DNA of 64,000 nucleotides from Escherichia coli (GTDB lineage Bacteria; Pseudomonadota; Gammaproteobacteria; Enterobacterales; Enterobacteriaceae): NCBI RefSeq assembly GCF_051903065.1, contig NZ_CP178438.1; one strand, 5' to 3'. Shown piece by piece: positions 47,441 to 64,000 of this stretch (position 1 is its first letter; each line of letters starts with the position of its first letter). The notes under the pieces were generated by a model. It saw only the letters and a program-made list of their open reading frames with translations, ran no database searches and was not told where the DNA came from. The position numbers and the translations under genes were made by a program.

Positions 47441-47638
47441 TCCGAAACGTACCTCAGCAGGTGAATAAATTTTATTCATATTGTTATCAATAAGTTATCA
47501 AGTATTTTTAATTAAAATGGAAATTGTTTTTGATTTTGCATTTTAAATGAGTAGTCTTAGTTGTGCTGAACGAAAAGCGCACAACAATCCTTCGTTCACA
47601 GTGGGGAAGTTTTCGGATCCATGACGAGGAGCTGCACG

Positions 47639-49240
47639 ATGACTGAACAGGCAACAACAACCGATGAACTGGCTTTCATAAGGCCGTATGGCGAGCAGGA
47701 GAAGCAAATTCTTACTGCCGAAGCGGTAGAATTTCTGACTGAGCTGGTGACGCATTTTACGCCACAACGCAATAAACTTCTGGCAGCGCGCATTCAGCAG
47801 CAGCAAGATATTGATAACGGAACGTTGCCTGATTTTATTTCGGAAACAGCTTCCATTCGCGATACAGACTGGAAAATTCGTGGTATTCCCGCGGACTTAC
47901 AAGATCGTCGAGTCGAGATAACTGGCCCGGTTGAGCGCAAGATGGTGATCAACGCACTGAACGCCAATGTGAAAGTCTTTATGGCCGATTTCGAAGATTC
48001 ACTGGCACCAGACTGGAACAAAGTGATCGACGGGCAAATTAACCTGCGCGATGCGGTTAACGGCACCATCAGTTACACGAATGAAGCAGGCAAAATTTAC
48101 CAGCTCAAGCCCAATCCAGCGGTTTTGATTTGTCGGGTACGCGGTCTGCACTTGCCGGAAAAACATGTCACCTGGCGTGGTGAGGCAATCCCCGGTAGCC
48201 TGTTTGATTTTGCGCTCTACTTCTTTCACAACTACCAGGCCTTACTGGCAAAGGGCAGTGGTCCCTATTTCTATCTGCCGAAAACCCAGTCCTGGCAGGA
48301 AGCGGCCTGGTGGAGCGAAGTCTTCAGCTATGCCGAAGATCGCTTTAATCTGCCGCGCGGCACCATCAAGGCGACGTTGCTGATTGAAACGCTGCCCGCC
48401 GTGTTCCAGATGGACGAAATCCTTCACGCACTGCGTGACCATATTGTTGGTCTGAACTGCGGTCGTTGGGATTACATCTTCAGTTATATCAAAACGTTGA
48501 AAAACTATCCCGATCGCGTCCTGCCAGACAGACAGGCAGTGACGATGGATAAACCATTCCTGAATGCTTACTCACGCCTGTTAATCAAAACCTGCCATAA
48601 ACGCGGTGCTTTTGCGATGGGCGGCATGGCGGCGTTTATTCCGAGCAAAGATGAAGAGCGCAATAACCAGGTGCTCAACAAAGTAAAAGCGGATAAATCG
48701 CTGGAAGCCAACAACGGTCACGATGGCACATGGATCGCTCACCCAGGCCTTGCGGATACGGCAATGGCGGTATTCAACGACATTCTCGGCTCCCGTAAAA
48801 ATCAGCTTGAAGTGATGCGCGAACAAGACGCGCCGATTACTGCCAATCAGCTACTGGCACCTTGTGATGGTGAACGCACCGAAGAAGGTATGCGCGCCAA
48901 CATTCGCGTGGCTGTGCAGTACATCGAAGCGTGGATCTCCGGCAACGGCTGCGTGCCGATTTATGGCCTGATGGAAGATGCGGCGACGGCTGAAATTTCC
49001 CGTACCTCGATCTGGCAGTGGATCCATCATCAAAAAACGTTGAGCAATGGCAAACCGGTGACCAAAGCCTTGTTCCGCCAGATGCTGGGCGAAGAGATGA
49101 AAGTCATTGCCAGCGAACTGGGCGAAGAACGTTTCTCCCAGGGGCGTTTTGACGATGCCGCACGCTTGATGGAACAGATCACCACTTCCGATGAGTTAAT
49201 TGATTTCCTGACCCTGCCAGGCTACCGCCTGTTAGCGTAA
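47639..49240 (+). CDS. aceB: Malate synthase A
   Basis: ORF track starts 6 codons upstream; start set to [13 protein letters not shown] to give the known 533 aa. Confidence 0.93.
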   Translation: MTEQATTTDELAFIRPYGEQEKQILTAEAVEFLTELVTHFTPQRNKLLAARIQQQQDIDNGTLPDFISETASIRDTDWKIRGIPADLQDRRVEITGPVERKMVINALNANVKVFMADFEDSLAPDWNKVIDGQINLRDAVNGTISYTNEAGKIYQLKPNPAVLICRVRGLHLPEKHVTWRGEAIPGSLFDFALYFFHNYQALLAKGSGPYFYLPKTQSWQEAAWWSEVFSYAEDRFNLPRGTIKATLLIETLPAVFQMDEILHALRDHIVGLNCGRWDYIFSYIKTLKNYPDRVLPDRQAVTMDKPFLNAYSRLLIKTCHKRGAFAMGGMAAFIPSKDEERNNQVLNKVKADKSLEANNGHDGTWIAHPGLADTAMAVFNDILGSRKNQLEVMREQDAPITANQLLAPCDGERTEEGMRANIRVAVQYIEAWISGNGCVPIYGLMEDAATAEISRTSIWQWIHHQKTLSNGKPVTKALFRQMLGEEMKVIASELGEERFSQGRFDDAARLMEQITTSDELIDFLTLPGYRLLA

Positions 49241-49269
49241 ACCACCACATAACTATGGAGCATCTGCAC

Positions 49270-50574
49270 ATGAAAACCCGTACACAACAAATTGAAGAAT
49301 TACAGAAAGAGTGGACTCAACCGCGTTGGGAAGGCATTACTCGCCCATACAGCGCGGAAGATGTGGTGAAATTACGCGGTTCAGTCAATCCTGAATGCAC
49401 GCTGGCGCAACTGGGCGCGGCGAAAATGTGGCGTCTGCTGCATGGCGAGTCGAAAAAAGGCTACATCAACAGCCTCGGTGCACTGACTGGCGGTCAGGCG
49501 CTGCAACAGGCGAAAGCGGGTATTGAAGCAGTCTATCTGTCGGGATGGCAGGTAGCGGCGGACGCTAACCTGGCGGCCAGCATGTATCCGGATCAGTCGC
49601 TCTACCCGGCGAACTCGGTGCCAGCGGTGGTGGAGCGGATCAACAATACTTTCCGCCGTGCGGATCAGATCCAGTGGTCCGCGGGCATTGAGCCGGGCGA
49701 TCCGCGCTATGTCGATTACTTCCTGCCGATCGTTGCCGATGCGGAAGCCGGTTTTGGCGGTGTCCTGAATGCCTTTGAACTGATGAAAGCGATGATTGAA
49801 GCCGGTGCAGCGGCAGTTCACTTCGAAGATCAGCTGGCGTCAGTGAAGAAATGCGGTCACATGGGCGGCAAAGTTTTGGTGCCAACTCAAGAAGCTATTC
49901 AGAAACTGGTCGCGGCGCGTCTGGCAGCTGACGTGACGGGCGTTCCAACCCTACTGGTTGCTCGTACCGATGCCGATGCGGCGGATCTGATTACCTCCGA
50001 TTGCGACCCGTATGACAGCGAATTTATTACCGGCGAGCGTACCAGTGAAGGCTTCTTCCGTACTCATGCGGGCATTGAGCAAGCGATCAGCCGTGGCCTG
50101 GCGTATGCGCCATATGCTGACCTGGTATGGTGTGAAACCTCCACGCCGGATCTGGAACTGGCGCGTCGCTTTGCACAAGCCATCCACGCGAAATATCCGG
50201 GCAAACTGCTGGCTTATAACTGCTCGCCGTCGTTCAACTGGCAGAAAAACCTCGACGACAACACTATTGCCAGCTTCCAGCAGCAGCTGTCAGATATGGG
50301 CTACAAGTTCCAGTTCATCACCCTGGCGGGGATCCACAGCATGTGGTTCAACATGTTCGACCTGGCAAACGCCTATGCCCAGGGCGAGGGTATGAAGCAC
50401 TATGTTGAGAAAGTGCAGCAGCCGGAATTCGCCGCCGCGAAAGATGGCTACACCTTCGTATCTCACCAGCAGGAAGTGGGTACAGGTTACTTCGATAAAG
50501 TGACGACTATTATTCAGGGCGGCACGTCTTCAGTCACCGCGCTGACCGGCTCCACTGAAGAATCGCAGTTCTAA
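49270..50574 (+). CDS. aceA: Isocitrate lyase
   Basis: ORF track starts 5 codons upstream; start set to [12 protein letters not shown] to give the known 434 aa; KKCGH active-site motif present. Confidence 0.95.
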   Translation: MKTRTQQIEELQKEWTQPRWEGITRPYSAEDVVKLRGSVNPECTLAQLGAAKMWRLLHGESKKGYINSLGALTGGQALQQAKAGIEAVYLSGWQVAADANLAASMYPDQSLYPANSVPAVVERINNTFRRADQIQWSAGIEPGDPRYVDYFLPIVADAEAGFGGVLNAFELMKAMIEAGAAAVHFEDQLASVKKCGHMGGKVLVPTQEAIQKLVAARLAADVTGVPTLLVARTDADAADLITSDCDPYDSEFITGERTSEGFFRTHAGIEQAISRGLAYAPYADLVWCETSTPDLELARRFAQAIHAKYPGKLLAYNCSPSFNWQKNLDDNTIASFQQQLSDMGYKFQFITLAGIHSMWFNMFDLANAYAQGEGMKHYVEKVQQPEFAAAKDGYTFVSHQQEVGTGYFDKVTTIIQGGTSSVTALTGSTEESQF

Positions 50575-50589
50575 GCAACCTACAAACGT

Positions 50590-50745
50590 TGCTGACTGTA
50601 GGCCGGATAAGGCATTTACGCCGCATCCGGCAATCGGTGCACGATGCCTGATGCGACGCTTGCGCGTCTTATCATGCCTACAACCGTTGCCGAACGTAGG
50701 CTGGATAAGGCGTTTACGCCGCATCCGGCAATTCTCTGCTCCTGA
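50590..50745. repeat. REP/BIME repetitive extragenic palindromes in the aceA-aceK spacer
   Basis: Repeated gccggataaggc(a/g)tttacgccgcatccggca and gcctgatgcgacgc units in alternating orientation. Confidence 0.8.
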
Positions 50746-50757
50746 TGAGGGCGCTAA

Positions 50758-54002
<3,245 letters not shown>

Positions 54003-54017
54003 GGTAATGACTCCAAC

Positions 54018-54521
54018 TTATTGATAGTGTTTTATGTTCAGATAATGCCCGATGACTTTGTCATGCAGCTCCACCGATTTTGAGAACGACAGCGACTTCC
54101 GTCCCAGCCGTGCCAGGTGCTGCCTCAGATTCAGGTTATGCCGCTCAATTCGCTGCGTATATCGCTTGCTGATTACGTGCAGCTTTCCCTTCAGGCGGGA
54201 TTCATACAGCGGCCAGCCATCCGTCATCCATATCACCACGTCAAAGGGTGACAGCAGGCTCATAAGACGCCCCAGCGTCGCCATAGTGCGTTCACCGAAT
54301 ACGTGCGCAACAACCGTCTTCCGGAGCCTGTCATACGCGTAAAACAGCCAGCGCTGGCGCGATTTAGCCCCGACATAGCCCCACTGTTCGTCCATTTCCG
54401 CGCAGACGATGACGTCACTGCCCGGCTGTATGCGCGAGGTTACCGACTGCGGCCTGAGTTTTTTAAGTGACGTAAAATCGTGTTGAGGCCAACGCCCATA
54501 ATGCGGGCTGTTGCCCGGCAT
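54018..54521 (-). CDS. insB: IS1 InsB (transposase C-terminal part; normally made as InsAB' by -1 frameshift)
   Basis: 167-aa ORF recognised as InsB; A6C slippery run in the insA/insB overlap. Confidence 0.9.
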
Positions 54522-54715
54522 CCAACGCCATTCATGGCCATATCAATGATTTTCTGGTGCGTACCGGGTTGAGAAGCGGTGTAAGTGAACTGCAGTTGCC
54601 ATGTTTTACGGCAGTGAGAGCAGAGATAGCGCTGATGTCCGGCGGTGCTTTTGCCGTTACGCACCACCCCGTCAGTAGCTGAACAGGAGGGACAGCTGAT
54701 AGAAACAGAAGCCAC
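54440..54715 (-). CDS. insA: IS1 InsA
   Basis: 91-aa [45 protein letters not shown]... recognised as InsA. Confidence 0.93.
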
Positions 54716-54770
54716 TGGAGCACCTCAAAAACACCATCATACACTAAATCAGTAAGTTGGCAGCATCACC

Positions 54771-55426
54771 ACTAGCCCGAAATCACCGCAGGCAGCAACG
54801 CAACGCCCCTCAGGACGGCTGGAAATCAACGCCAAAGTCTGGTTTTTGCATTTTTTGTTGAAGTGAGTGAGAAATTTTTCAGCTGAAGAGTAATCATCTT
54901 GATGGGGTTTGTAGTCAACATTCTGATAAATATCATTAATATATTGTGCAGCAATGTGTCGGCATACTATACGGTTTTGGGGTCGCCCCGGAAAATAACA
55001 TTGACCATTAAGCTTAACTCTTGGGAATTCTTTTTCTTTTCTATCTGAGTTTAGATTTAATTCTTTTTTATCAAGAGCGTCTGAGCGTTGAGGTAAAATT
55101 TCCATTAGGTATTCTTCAAATATTGGAGCAATGGTTTGAGTGAGTGTCGTGTTTTCATTTTTATTAATTATCGTAATTTCTTTTTTATCAGTCTGTAAGA
55201 CAGACGTGGAAAATTTAATGACAAAATCCTTGTTGCTAAAGATATGACGACCGTTTTGTCTACAGTTCTCTGAGAAGCTTTTTAATAGAGGCGTCGCCAG
55301 CTCCTTGCCAGAAAATTTATCCTCGAGTTCTTTATAAAACAATTCACTCAGGGTTTGGTGTTCATTTGTCTGGGCTGTATTATTAATATTTGCAGAGAAA
55401 GAACTACGAGGAATACGAGTAATCAT
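54771..55426 (-). pseudogene. arpA: arpA 5' fragment, truncated by IS1
   Basis: ORF MITRIPRSSF... runs from 55426 into the IS1 end, where it terminates 21 nt inside the element. Confidence 0.85.
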
Positions 55427-55742
55427 TTAAATATCTCATTGTTTATTGATGTCTTGAATTTTAACTATCAGAACAGTGAAAAAATTTAATATGATTACAA
55501 CTAAAGAAATATCATAAATCGCTCAATCTCATAATGCAGCCGTAAAAGTTTCGGTGGAATGAGATCTTGCGATTTTGTTAATAATTAAGTGGTTTGATGT
55601 TTAAAAATAATGCTGAGTTAATAAAAGTGTGTGAAGTGTATGACAATAAGTTATTTTGGCGTCAATGCGATTAACAGACACCCTTATTCTATTGCCACTC
55701 AGGTATGACGGGCAGAATATTGCCTCTGCCCGCCAGAAAAAG

Positions 55743-56567
55743 TCAGCGCATTCCACCGTACGCCAGCGTCACTTCCTTCGCCGCTTTAATCACCATCGCG
55801 CCAAACTCGGTCACGCGGTCATCGGTAATACGTGAAATCGGTCCGGAAATAGAAATTGCGGCAAACGGTTCACGGTGCTCATCGAAAATACACGCTGCAA
55901 GGCAACGTAGCCCCAGCGCATGTTCCTCATCGTCAAATGAATAACCCCGTTTGCGCGTTTGGGCGAGATCTTCTTTTAAATGCACAGGAGACACCAGCGT
56001 TGCGTGGGTATAGGCATGTAACCCTTTGCGGTGCAGCAGCTTCGTCACCTGTTCTTCGCTCAGTTGGGCTAAAAAGGCTTTACCCGCACCGGAAGCGTGC
56101 ATAGGTAATTTACCGCCGATAGGCGCGGACATTCGCATCAGATGCGTACACTGTACCTGGTCGATAATAATCGCTTCGTGATCGCTTTGATCAAGCACCG
56201 CCATATTGACCGTTTCGCCAGACTCTTCCATTAGATTGCGCAGGATAGGGTGAACAATTGCTAACAAATTACGGCTCTGGAGAAAGCTGCTGCCGACCAT
56301 AAAGGCATGTGCGCCGATTGCCCAGTGTCCCAGTTCGCCAACCTGACGCACGAAACCCTGCTGTTGCATCGTGGTTAGCAGGCGGTGGGTCGTGGAATTG
56401 GGTAACCCGGCTTGTTGCGCCAGTTCCGTGAGTGCCACACTGCCATTGGATTCGGCAATCCACTCCAGTAATTTCAGGCCACGCGTTAAAGACTGAACCT
56501 GTCCAGTCGCTGGTGCGGTGGCAACGGCGGGTTTTCTGCCGCGTTTCGCGGGAATGGGTGCGACCAT
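55743..56567 (-). CDS. iclR: Glyoxylate-bypass transcriptional repressor IclR
   Basis: ORF track gives 287 aa; start set to MVAPIPAKRGRKP to give the known 274 aa. Confidence 0.92.
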   Translation of the reverse strand: MVAPIPAKRGRKPAVATAPATGQVQSLTRGLKLLEWIAESNGSVALTELAQQAGLPNSTTHRLLTTMQQQGFVRQVGELGHWAIGAHAFMVGSSFLQSRNLLAIVHPILRNLMEESGETVNMAVLDQSDHEAIIIDQVQCTHLMRMSAPIGGKLPMHASGAGKAFLAQLSEEQVTKLLHRKGLHAYTHATLVSPVHLKEDLAQTRKRGYSFDDEEHALGLRCLAACIFDEHREPFAAISISGPISRITDDRVTEFGAMVIKAAKEVTLAYGGMR

Positions 56568-56766
56568 GACAGTCTCCTTTTTCTGTATCGTGGAAATCAT
56601 TTTCATTTTTATTGTTAGCTAATGCAATAGTTGCTGAACTGATCCGATGAGTTAATGTTGAACAAATCTCATGTTGCGTGGTGGTCGCTTTTACCACAGA
56701 TGCGTTTATGCCAGTATGGTTTGTTGAATTTTTATTAAATCTGGGTTGAGCGTGTCGGGAGCAAGT

Positions 56767-60450
<3,684 letters not shown>

Positions 60451-60481
60451 TTCACAAATCTGTCACTTTTCCTTACAACAA

Positions 60482-60514
60482 ACAGGGCGCTCAATGAGTG
60501 CCCTGTCTCTTTAT
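60482..60514 (+). terminator. Rho-independent terminator after metH
   Basis: acagggc-gctcaatgagt-gccctgt followed by ctctttatt. Confidence 0.65.
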
Positions 60515-60669
60515 TAATATGAAACACTTATACTGGAAACAGGCTGGAATAATCTTAGCCGGAAAAACGAATGTCAAAAGGCACAGTAAAGATGCCAGTC
60601 AGCGTGTTTCCGGTCCTTTGGTCATTCAATTGCTTCAGGAACATATAACGATAAGGAGAACCTGAACTC

Positions 60670-62301
60670 GTGTTAACGCTGCTTCACCTGCTTTCTGCCG
60701 TCGCCCTGCTGGTCTGGGGGACTCATATTGTTCGAACCGGCGTAATGCGCGTCTTCGGCGCGCGTTTGCGTACTGTCCTTAGCCGGAGCGTCGAAAAGAA
60801 GCCGCTCGCCTTTTGCGCGGGGATCGGCGTTACCGCACTGGTGCAGAGCAGTAATGCCACCACCATGCTGGTGACCTCGTTCGTCGCTCAGGATCTGGTA
60901 GCCCTCGCACCGGCTCTGGTGATTGTGCTGGGTGCAGATGTCGGGACGGCGCTAATGGCGCGTATTCTCACCTTCGACTTATCCTGGCTGTCACCGTTAC
61001 TTATTTTTATCGGCGTGATTTTTTTCCTCGGACGCAAACAGTCACGCGCCGGGCAACTGGGCCGCGTCGGTATTGGTCTTGGGCTGATTTTGCTGGCGCT
61101 GGAGTTGATTGTGCAGGCCGTAACGCCGATCACCCAGGCAAACGGCGTTCAGGTGATCTTTGCCTCGCTGACCGGCGATATTCTGCTGGATGCGCTGATT
61201 GGCGCGATGTTCGCCATTATCAGCTACTCCAGCCTTGCTGCTGTACTGCTGACTGCGACTCTGACCGCCGCAGGCATTATCTCCTTCCCCGTGGCGCTCT
61301 GTCTGGTGATTGGTGCTAACCTCGGTTCCGGCCTGCTGGCGATGCTCAACAACAGTGCCGCCAATGCCGCAGCCCGCCGTGTCGCGCTGGGTAGTCTGCT
61401 GTTTAAGCTGGTGGGTAGCCTGATTATCCTGCCGTTTGTCCATTTGCTGGCAGAGACAATGGGGAAGCTGTCATTGCCAAAAGCGGAACTGGTGATCTAT
61501 TTCCACGTCTTCTACAACCTTGTACGTTGCCTGGCCATGCTGCCATTTGTTGACCCGATGGCACGGTTTTGCAAAACGATTATTCGCGATGAACCGGAAC
61601 TGGATACCCAGCTACGACCCAAACATCTGGATGTCAGCGCGCTGGATACGCCCACGCTTGCTCTGGCGAACGCCGCGCGCGAAACCCTGCGCATTGGCGA
61701 CGCCATGGAACAGATGATGGAAGGGCTGAATAAAGTGATGCACGGCGAGCCACGGCAGGAGAAAGAGCTGCGTAAGCTGGCTGATGATATCAACGTTCTC
61801 TATACCGCCATTAAGCTGTATCTGGCGCGGATGCCAAAAGAGGAACTGGCAGAAGAAGAGTCGCGCCGCTGGGCGGAGATCATCGAAATGTCGCTCAACC
61901 TTGAACAGGCCTCCGATATCGTCGAGCGCATGGGTAGTGAAATTGCCGACAAATCGCTGGCTGCAAGGCGAGCATTTTCGCTTGATGGCTTGAAGGAACT
62001 GGATGCGCTCTATGAGCAATTGCTCAGTAATTTAAAACTGGCAATGTCGGTATTCTTCTCTGGCGATGTTACCAGCGCCCGTCGTTTGCGCCGCAGCAAA
62101 CATCGTTTTCGCATTCTTAATCGCCGCTATTCCCACGCCCACGTCGATCGCCTGCATCAGCAAAACGTGCAGAGCATTGAAACCAGTTCGCTACATTTAG
62201 GCTTACTGGGAGATATGCAGCGTCTGAACTCGCTGTTTTGTTCGGTGGCTTACAGTGTGCTGGAACAGCCGGATGAAGATGAAGGACGGGACGAGTATTA
62301 A
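60670..62301 (+). CDS. yjbB: Putative Na+/phosphate cotransporter family inner membrane protein YjbB
   Basis: 543-aa ORF from a GTG start, hydrophobic N-terminal half; K-12 position between metH and pepE. Confidence 0.85.
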   Translation: MLTLLHLLSAVALLVWGTHIVRTGVMRVFGARLRTVLSRSVEKKPLAFCAGIGVTALVQSSNATTMLVTSFVAQDLVALAPALVIVLGADVGTALMARILTFDLSWLSPLLIFIGVIFFLGRKQSRAGQLGRVGIGLGLILLALELIVQAVTPITQANGVQVIFASLTGDILLDALIGAMFAIISYSSLAAVLLTATLTAAGIISFPVALCLVIGANLGSGLLAMLNNSAANAAARRVALGSLLFKLVGSLIILPFVHLLAETMGKLSLPKAELVIYFHVFYNLVRCLAMLPFVDPMARFCKTIIRDEPELDTQLRPKHLDVSALDTPTLALANAARETLRIGDAMEQMMEGLNKVMHGEPRQEKELRKLADDINVLYTAIKLYLARMPKEELAEEESRRWAEIIEMSLNLEQASDIVERMGSEIADKSLAARRAFSLDGLKELDALYEQLLSNLKLAMSVFFSGDVTSARRLRRSKHRFRILNRRYSHAHVDRLHQQNVQSIETSSLHLGLLGDMQRLNSLFCSVAYSVLEQPDEDEGRDEY

Positions 62302-62390
62302 TACCGTGACCCTGTAGGCCTGATAAGACGCGTAAAGCGTCGCATCAGGCACTATGAACAAGATGCCGGATCATGCATCCGGCAATTCAC
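62302..62390. repeat. REP elements between yjbB and pepE
   Basis: gcctgataagacgcgtaaagcgtcgcatcaggc and gccggatcatgcatccggca palindromic units. Confidence 0.7.
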
Positions 62391-63080
62391 TTAAAAACGG
62401 TGACCCGCTTCCAGCGGAACCGCTTTTTCACCGGCCTTAAACACATAGGTGGTGTTCGGGCCACCCAGCGTTGCGTGACCTTTACTCACTGTGATCCAGT
62501 TACCTTCCGGTAGACCAATAATTGTGAGTTCTGGCGCGACGACCAGCAGTTCGCGAATACGCTGTTCACGGGTTTCACCTTTATGGCCTTCCGGCAGCGC
62601 GTTGGTGAAGTGCGGGTTGATTTGCAACGGGAACAGATTCAGCGCATCGAAACCTTGTGGATCGACAATCGGCATATCGTTGGTGGTACGAATGGTTGGG
62701 CAAGCAAGGTTAGCGCCAGCGCTCCAGCCAATATACAGCGCGCCACGTTTAACCACGTCAGTAATTGGTGCCAGCAGCCCGCGCTCGCGGCACTGTTTCA
62801 GCAACTGGAAAGTATTACCGCCGCCGACAATCACGATCTCAGCATTTTCAATCGCGGCAACGGGATCGACAACGCTATGAATACCGGTGACAGAAACACC
62901 CAGCGGAGCAAGAACCGCAGCCGTTTTCGCTGTGTAATCATCCCAGGTCTGCGTTACGCCAGCGAAAGGGATAAACACCGCTGAGCGGCGACCCTGCAAC
63001 TGTTCAGCAATTAGCGGCAGTGCATGTTCCAGCCAGGCTTTACCCGGCAGCGTCGAGTTACTCAATAAAAGCAGTTCCAT
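62391..63080 (-). CDS. pepE: Peptidase E (alpha-aspartyl dipeptidase)
   Basis: 229-aa ORF beginning [21 protein letters not shown], recognised as PepE. Confidence 0.93.
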   Translation of the reverse strand: MELLLLSNSTLPGKAWLEHALPLIAEQLQGRRSAVFIPFAGVTQTWDDYTAKTAAVLAPLGVSVTGIHSVVDPVAAIENAEIVIVGGGNTFQLLKQCRERGLLAPITDVVKRGALYIGWSAGANLACPTIRTTNDMPIVDPQGFDALNLFPLQINPHFTNALPEGHKGETREQRIRELLVVAPELTIIGLPEGNWITVSKGHATLGGPNTTYVFKAGEKAVPLEAGHRF

Positions 63081-63462
63081 TACTTCTCCGGTTAGTAAGA
63101 AATCACGGAAGGAATGCTACCACTGCGAATTTAACCACTTACTGACATGGCTCACGATGTCACGTATTGCACCGGGCGCTGAGACTGATGACAAACACAG
63201 CATTGCCTGATGCGCTACGCTTACCAGACCTACCAGATAACTGCAATATATTGAATTTTCGAGATTATGTAGGCCGAATAAGGCTTTATTCCGCATCCGG
63301 CATAAACAATGTGTACTTTGCCACCAATTTGAGCGCCCCTTAAGGCGCTGATATTTTTTTATCCTTCTCGTGCACATTGGGCCGCTTCAGCAATCAGCCG
63401 CACATCAGGTCGCGAAGTTGCCGCGGCGACCAGCCAGCGACATGCAGAGTTGAGTAACGCGA

Positions 63463-64000
63463 TTAATCATGGGAAATTGCCTCTGCATGGGCGAGCAGGT
63501 ATTGCTCCGCCTCACCGGACCAGATCCCCTGATGACGCGCCAGAATCGCCGCCAGTGCTTGATCCTGAATCTGCGTGAGTGACGTCAGCGACAGGTATTT
63601 CCCGGTATACACCAGCTTTTTGCCGCCGCCGACGGCAGGCAATTCAAGCGTGGTTTCGCCCGCGGCATTCAGCCCAAGAATATGTGTTACCACTTTTGCG
63701 GCCTGCACTTTTTTCTCTTCGATCAGTTTGACCGCCGCGCGCATGTCGTCGGTATTGCCGCCTGACGTGCCCACGTAGTGGGTAAATGCATAATGCACAT
63801 CGTAGAAATTAATTGGCGCGCTGAAATGTTTATCCTGCGGTCCGGCGAAGAAATTCAGGCAACCATCTGTCGCCAGCAAGGAAGAGGCGAGAGTCACCAG
63901 TCCTTCATTAGGCACAAAGACGAAAATATCATCGAAGCCGTGACCGCCACTCAGCGCCATTAGCGTATCAAATGCTGCATCGGTGGCATTGAGATAATGA
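63463..64000 (-). CDS. C-terminal part of a Zn-dependent medium-chain dehydrogenase/reductase-like protein (N-terminus beyond window); possibly L-sorbose-1-phosphate reductase of a sor operon
   Basis: Frame stays open to the window edge; C-terminal MDR-like pattern (GFDDIFVFV..., VTHILGLNAAGE...) plus a roughly 45-aa tail; K-12 has rluF at this position. Identity is by recall of family patterns, not a search. Confidence 0.5.
   Translation of the reverse strand, partial: HYLNATDAAFDTLMALSGGHGFDDIFVFVPNEGLVTLASSLLATDGCLNFFAGPQDKHFSAPINFYDVHYAFTHYVGTSGGNTDDMRAAVKLIEEKKVQAAKVVTHILGLNAAGETTLELPAVGGGKKLVYTGKYLSLTSLTQIQDQALAAILARHQGIWSGEAEQYLLAHAEAISHD

Larger units (their letters stand above)
54003..54770 (-). 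mobile_element. IS1 insertion sequence (768 bp, complete)
   Basis: Termini ggtaatgactccaactta... and ...gtaagttggcagcatcacc match IS1 inverted repeats; flanked by 9-bp direct repeat ACTAGCCCG at 53994-54002 and 54771-54779. Confidence 0.93.

Noticed and set aside
50575..50757. Possible CRISPR array, because of repeated palindromic units
   Set aside because: The units are REP/BIME elements: imperfect, in alternating orientation, with no regular repeat-spacer periodicity and no cas genes nearby.
63117..63377. 86-aa minus-strand ORF in the pepE-downstream intergenic region
   Set aside because: It spans REP palindromes and a terminator-like hairpin; the composition is driven by the repeat units and there is no ribosome-binding context.

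Overview
This window is a core Enterobacterial chromosome segment that matches the Escherichia coli K-12 map around 90-91 min almost gene for gene; I found no convincing evidence of a novel biological system. Gene identities were recognised from the supplied translations and from rRNA/tRNA sequence; no database search was run. Content in order: the 3' part of an rrn operon (23S partial, 5S; rrnB by synteny), murB-birA, coaA, the thrU-tyrU-glyT-thrT-tufB operon, secE-nusG, rplKAJL-rpoBC, yjaZ, the thiCEFSGH operon (minus strand) with its TPP riboswitch, rsd, nudC-hemE-nfi-yjaG, hupA, yjaH, zraP / zraSR, purHD, a complete second rrn operon (16S, tRNA-Glu, 23S, 5S; rrnE by synteny), yjaB, metA, aceBAK, arpA, iclR, metH, yjbB and pepE. 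Three places depart from the K-12 layout as I remember it and are the only accessory-like signals: (1) an IS150-like IS3-family element sits just downstream of the rrnE 5S gene where K-12 carries yjaA, which is absent here; (2) arpA is split by a complete 768-bp IS1 with a 9-bp target duplication; (3) at the right edge, a truncated minus-strand ORF encodes the C-terminus of a Zn-dependent MDR-type dehydrogenase where K-12 has rluF, suggesting an accessory sugar-utilisation locus (possibly the sor operon) begins there. The IS content and missing yjaA suggest a non-K-12 background, but this is inference. Several annotated starts were moved from the longest ORF to the start that gives the known protein length; these are marked in the evidence.
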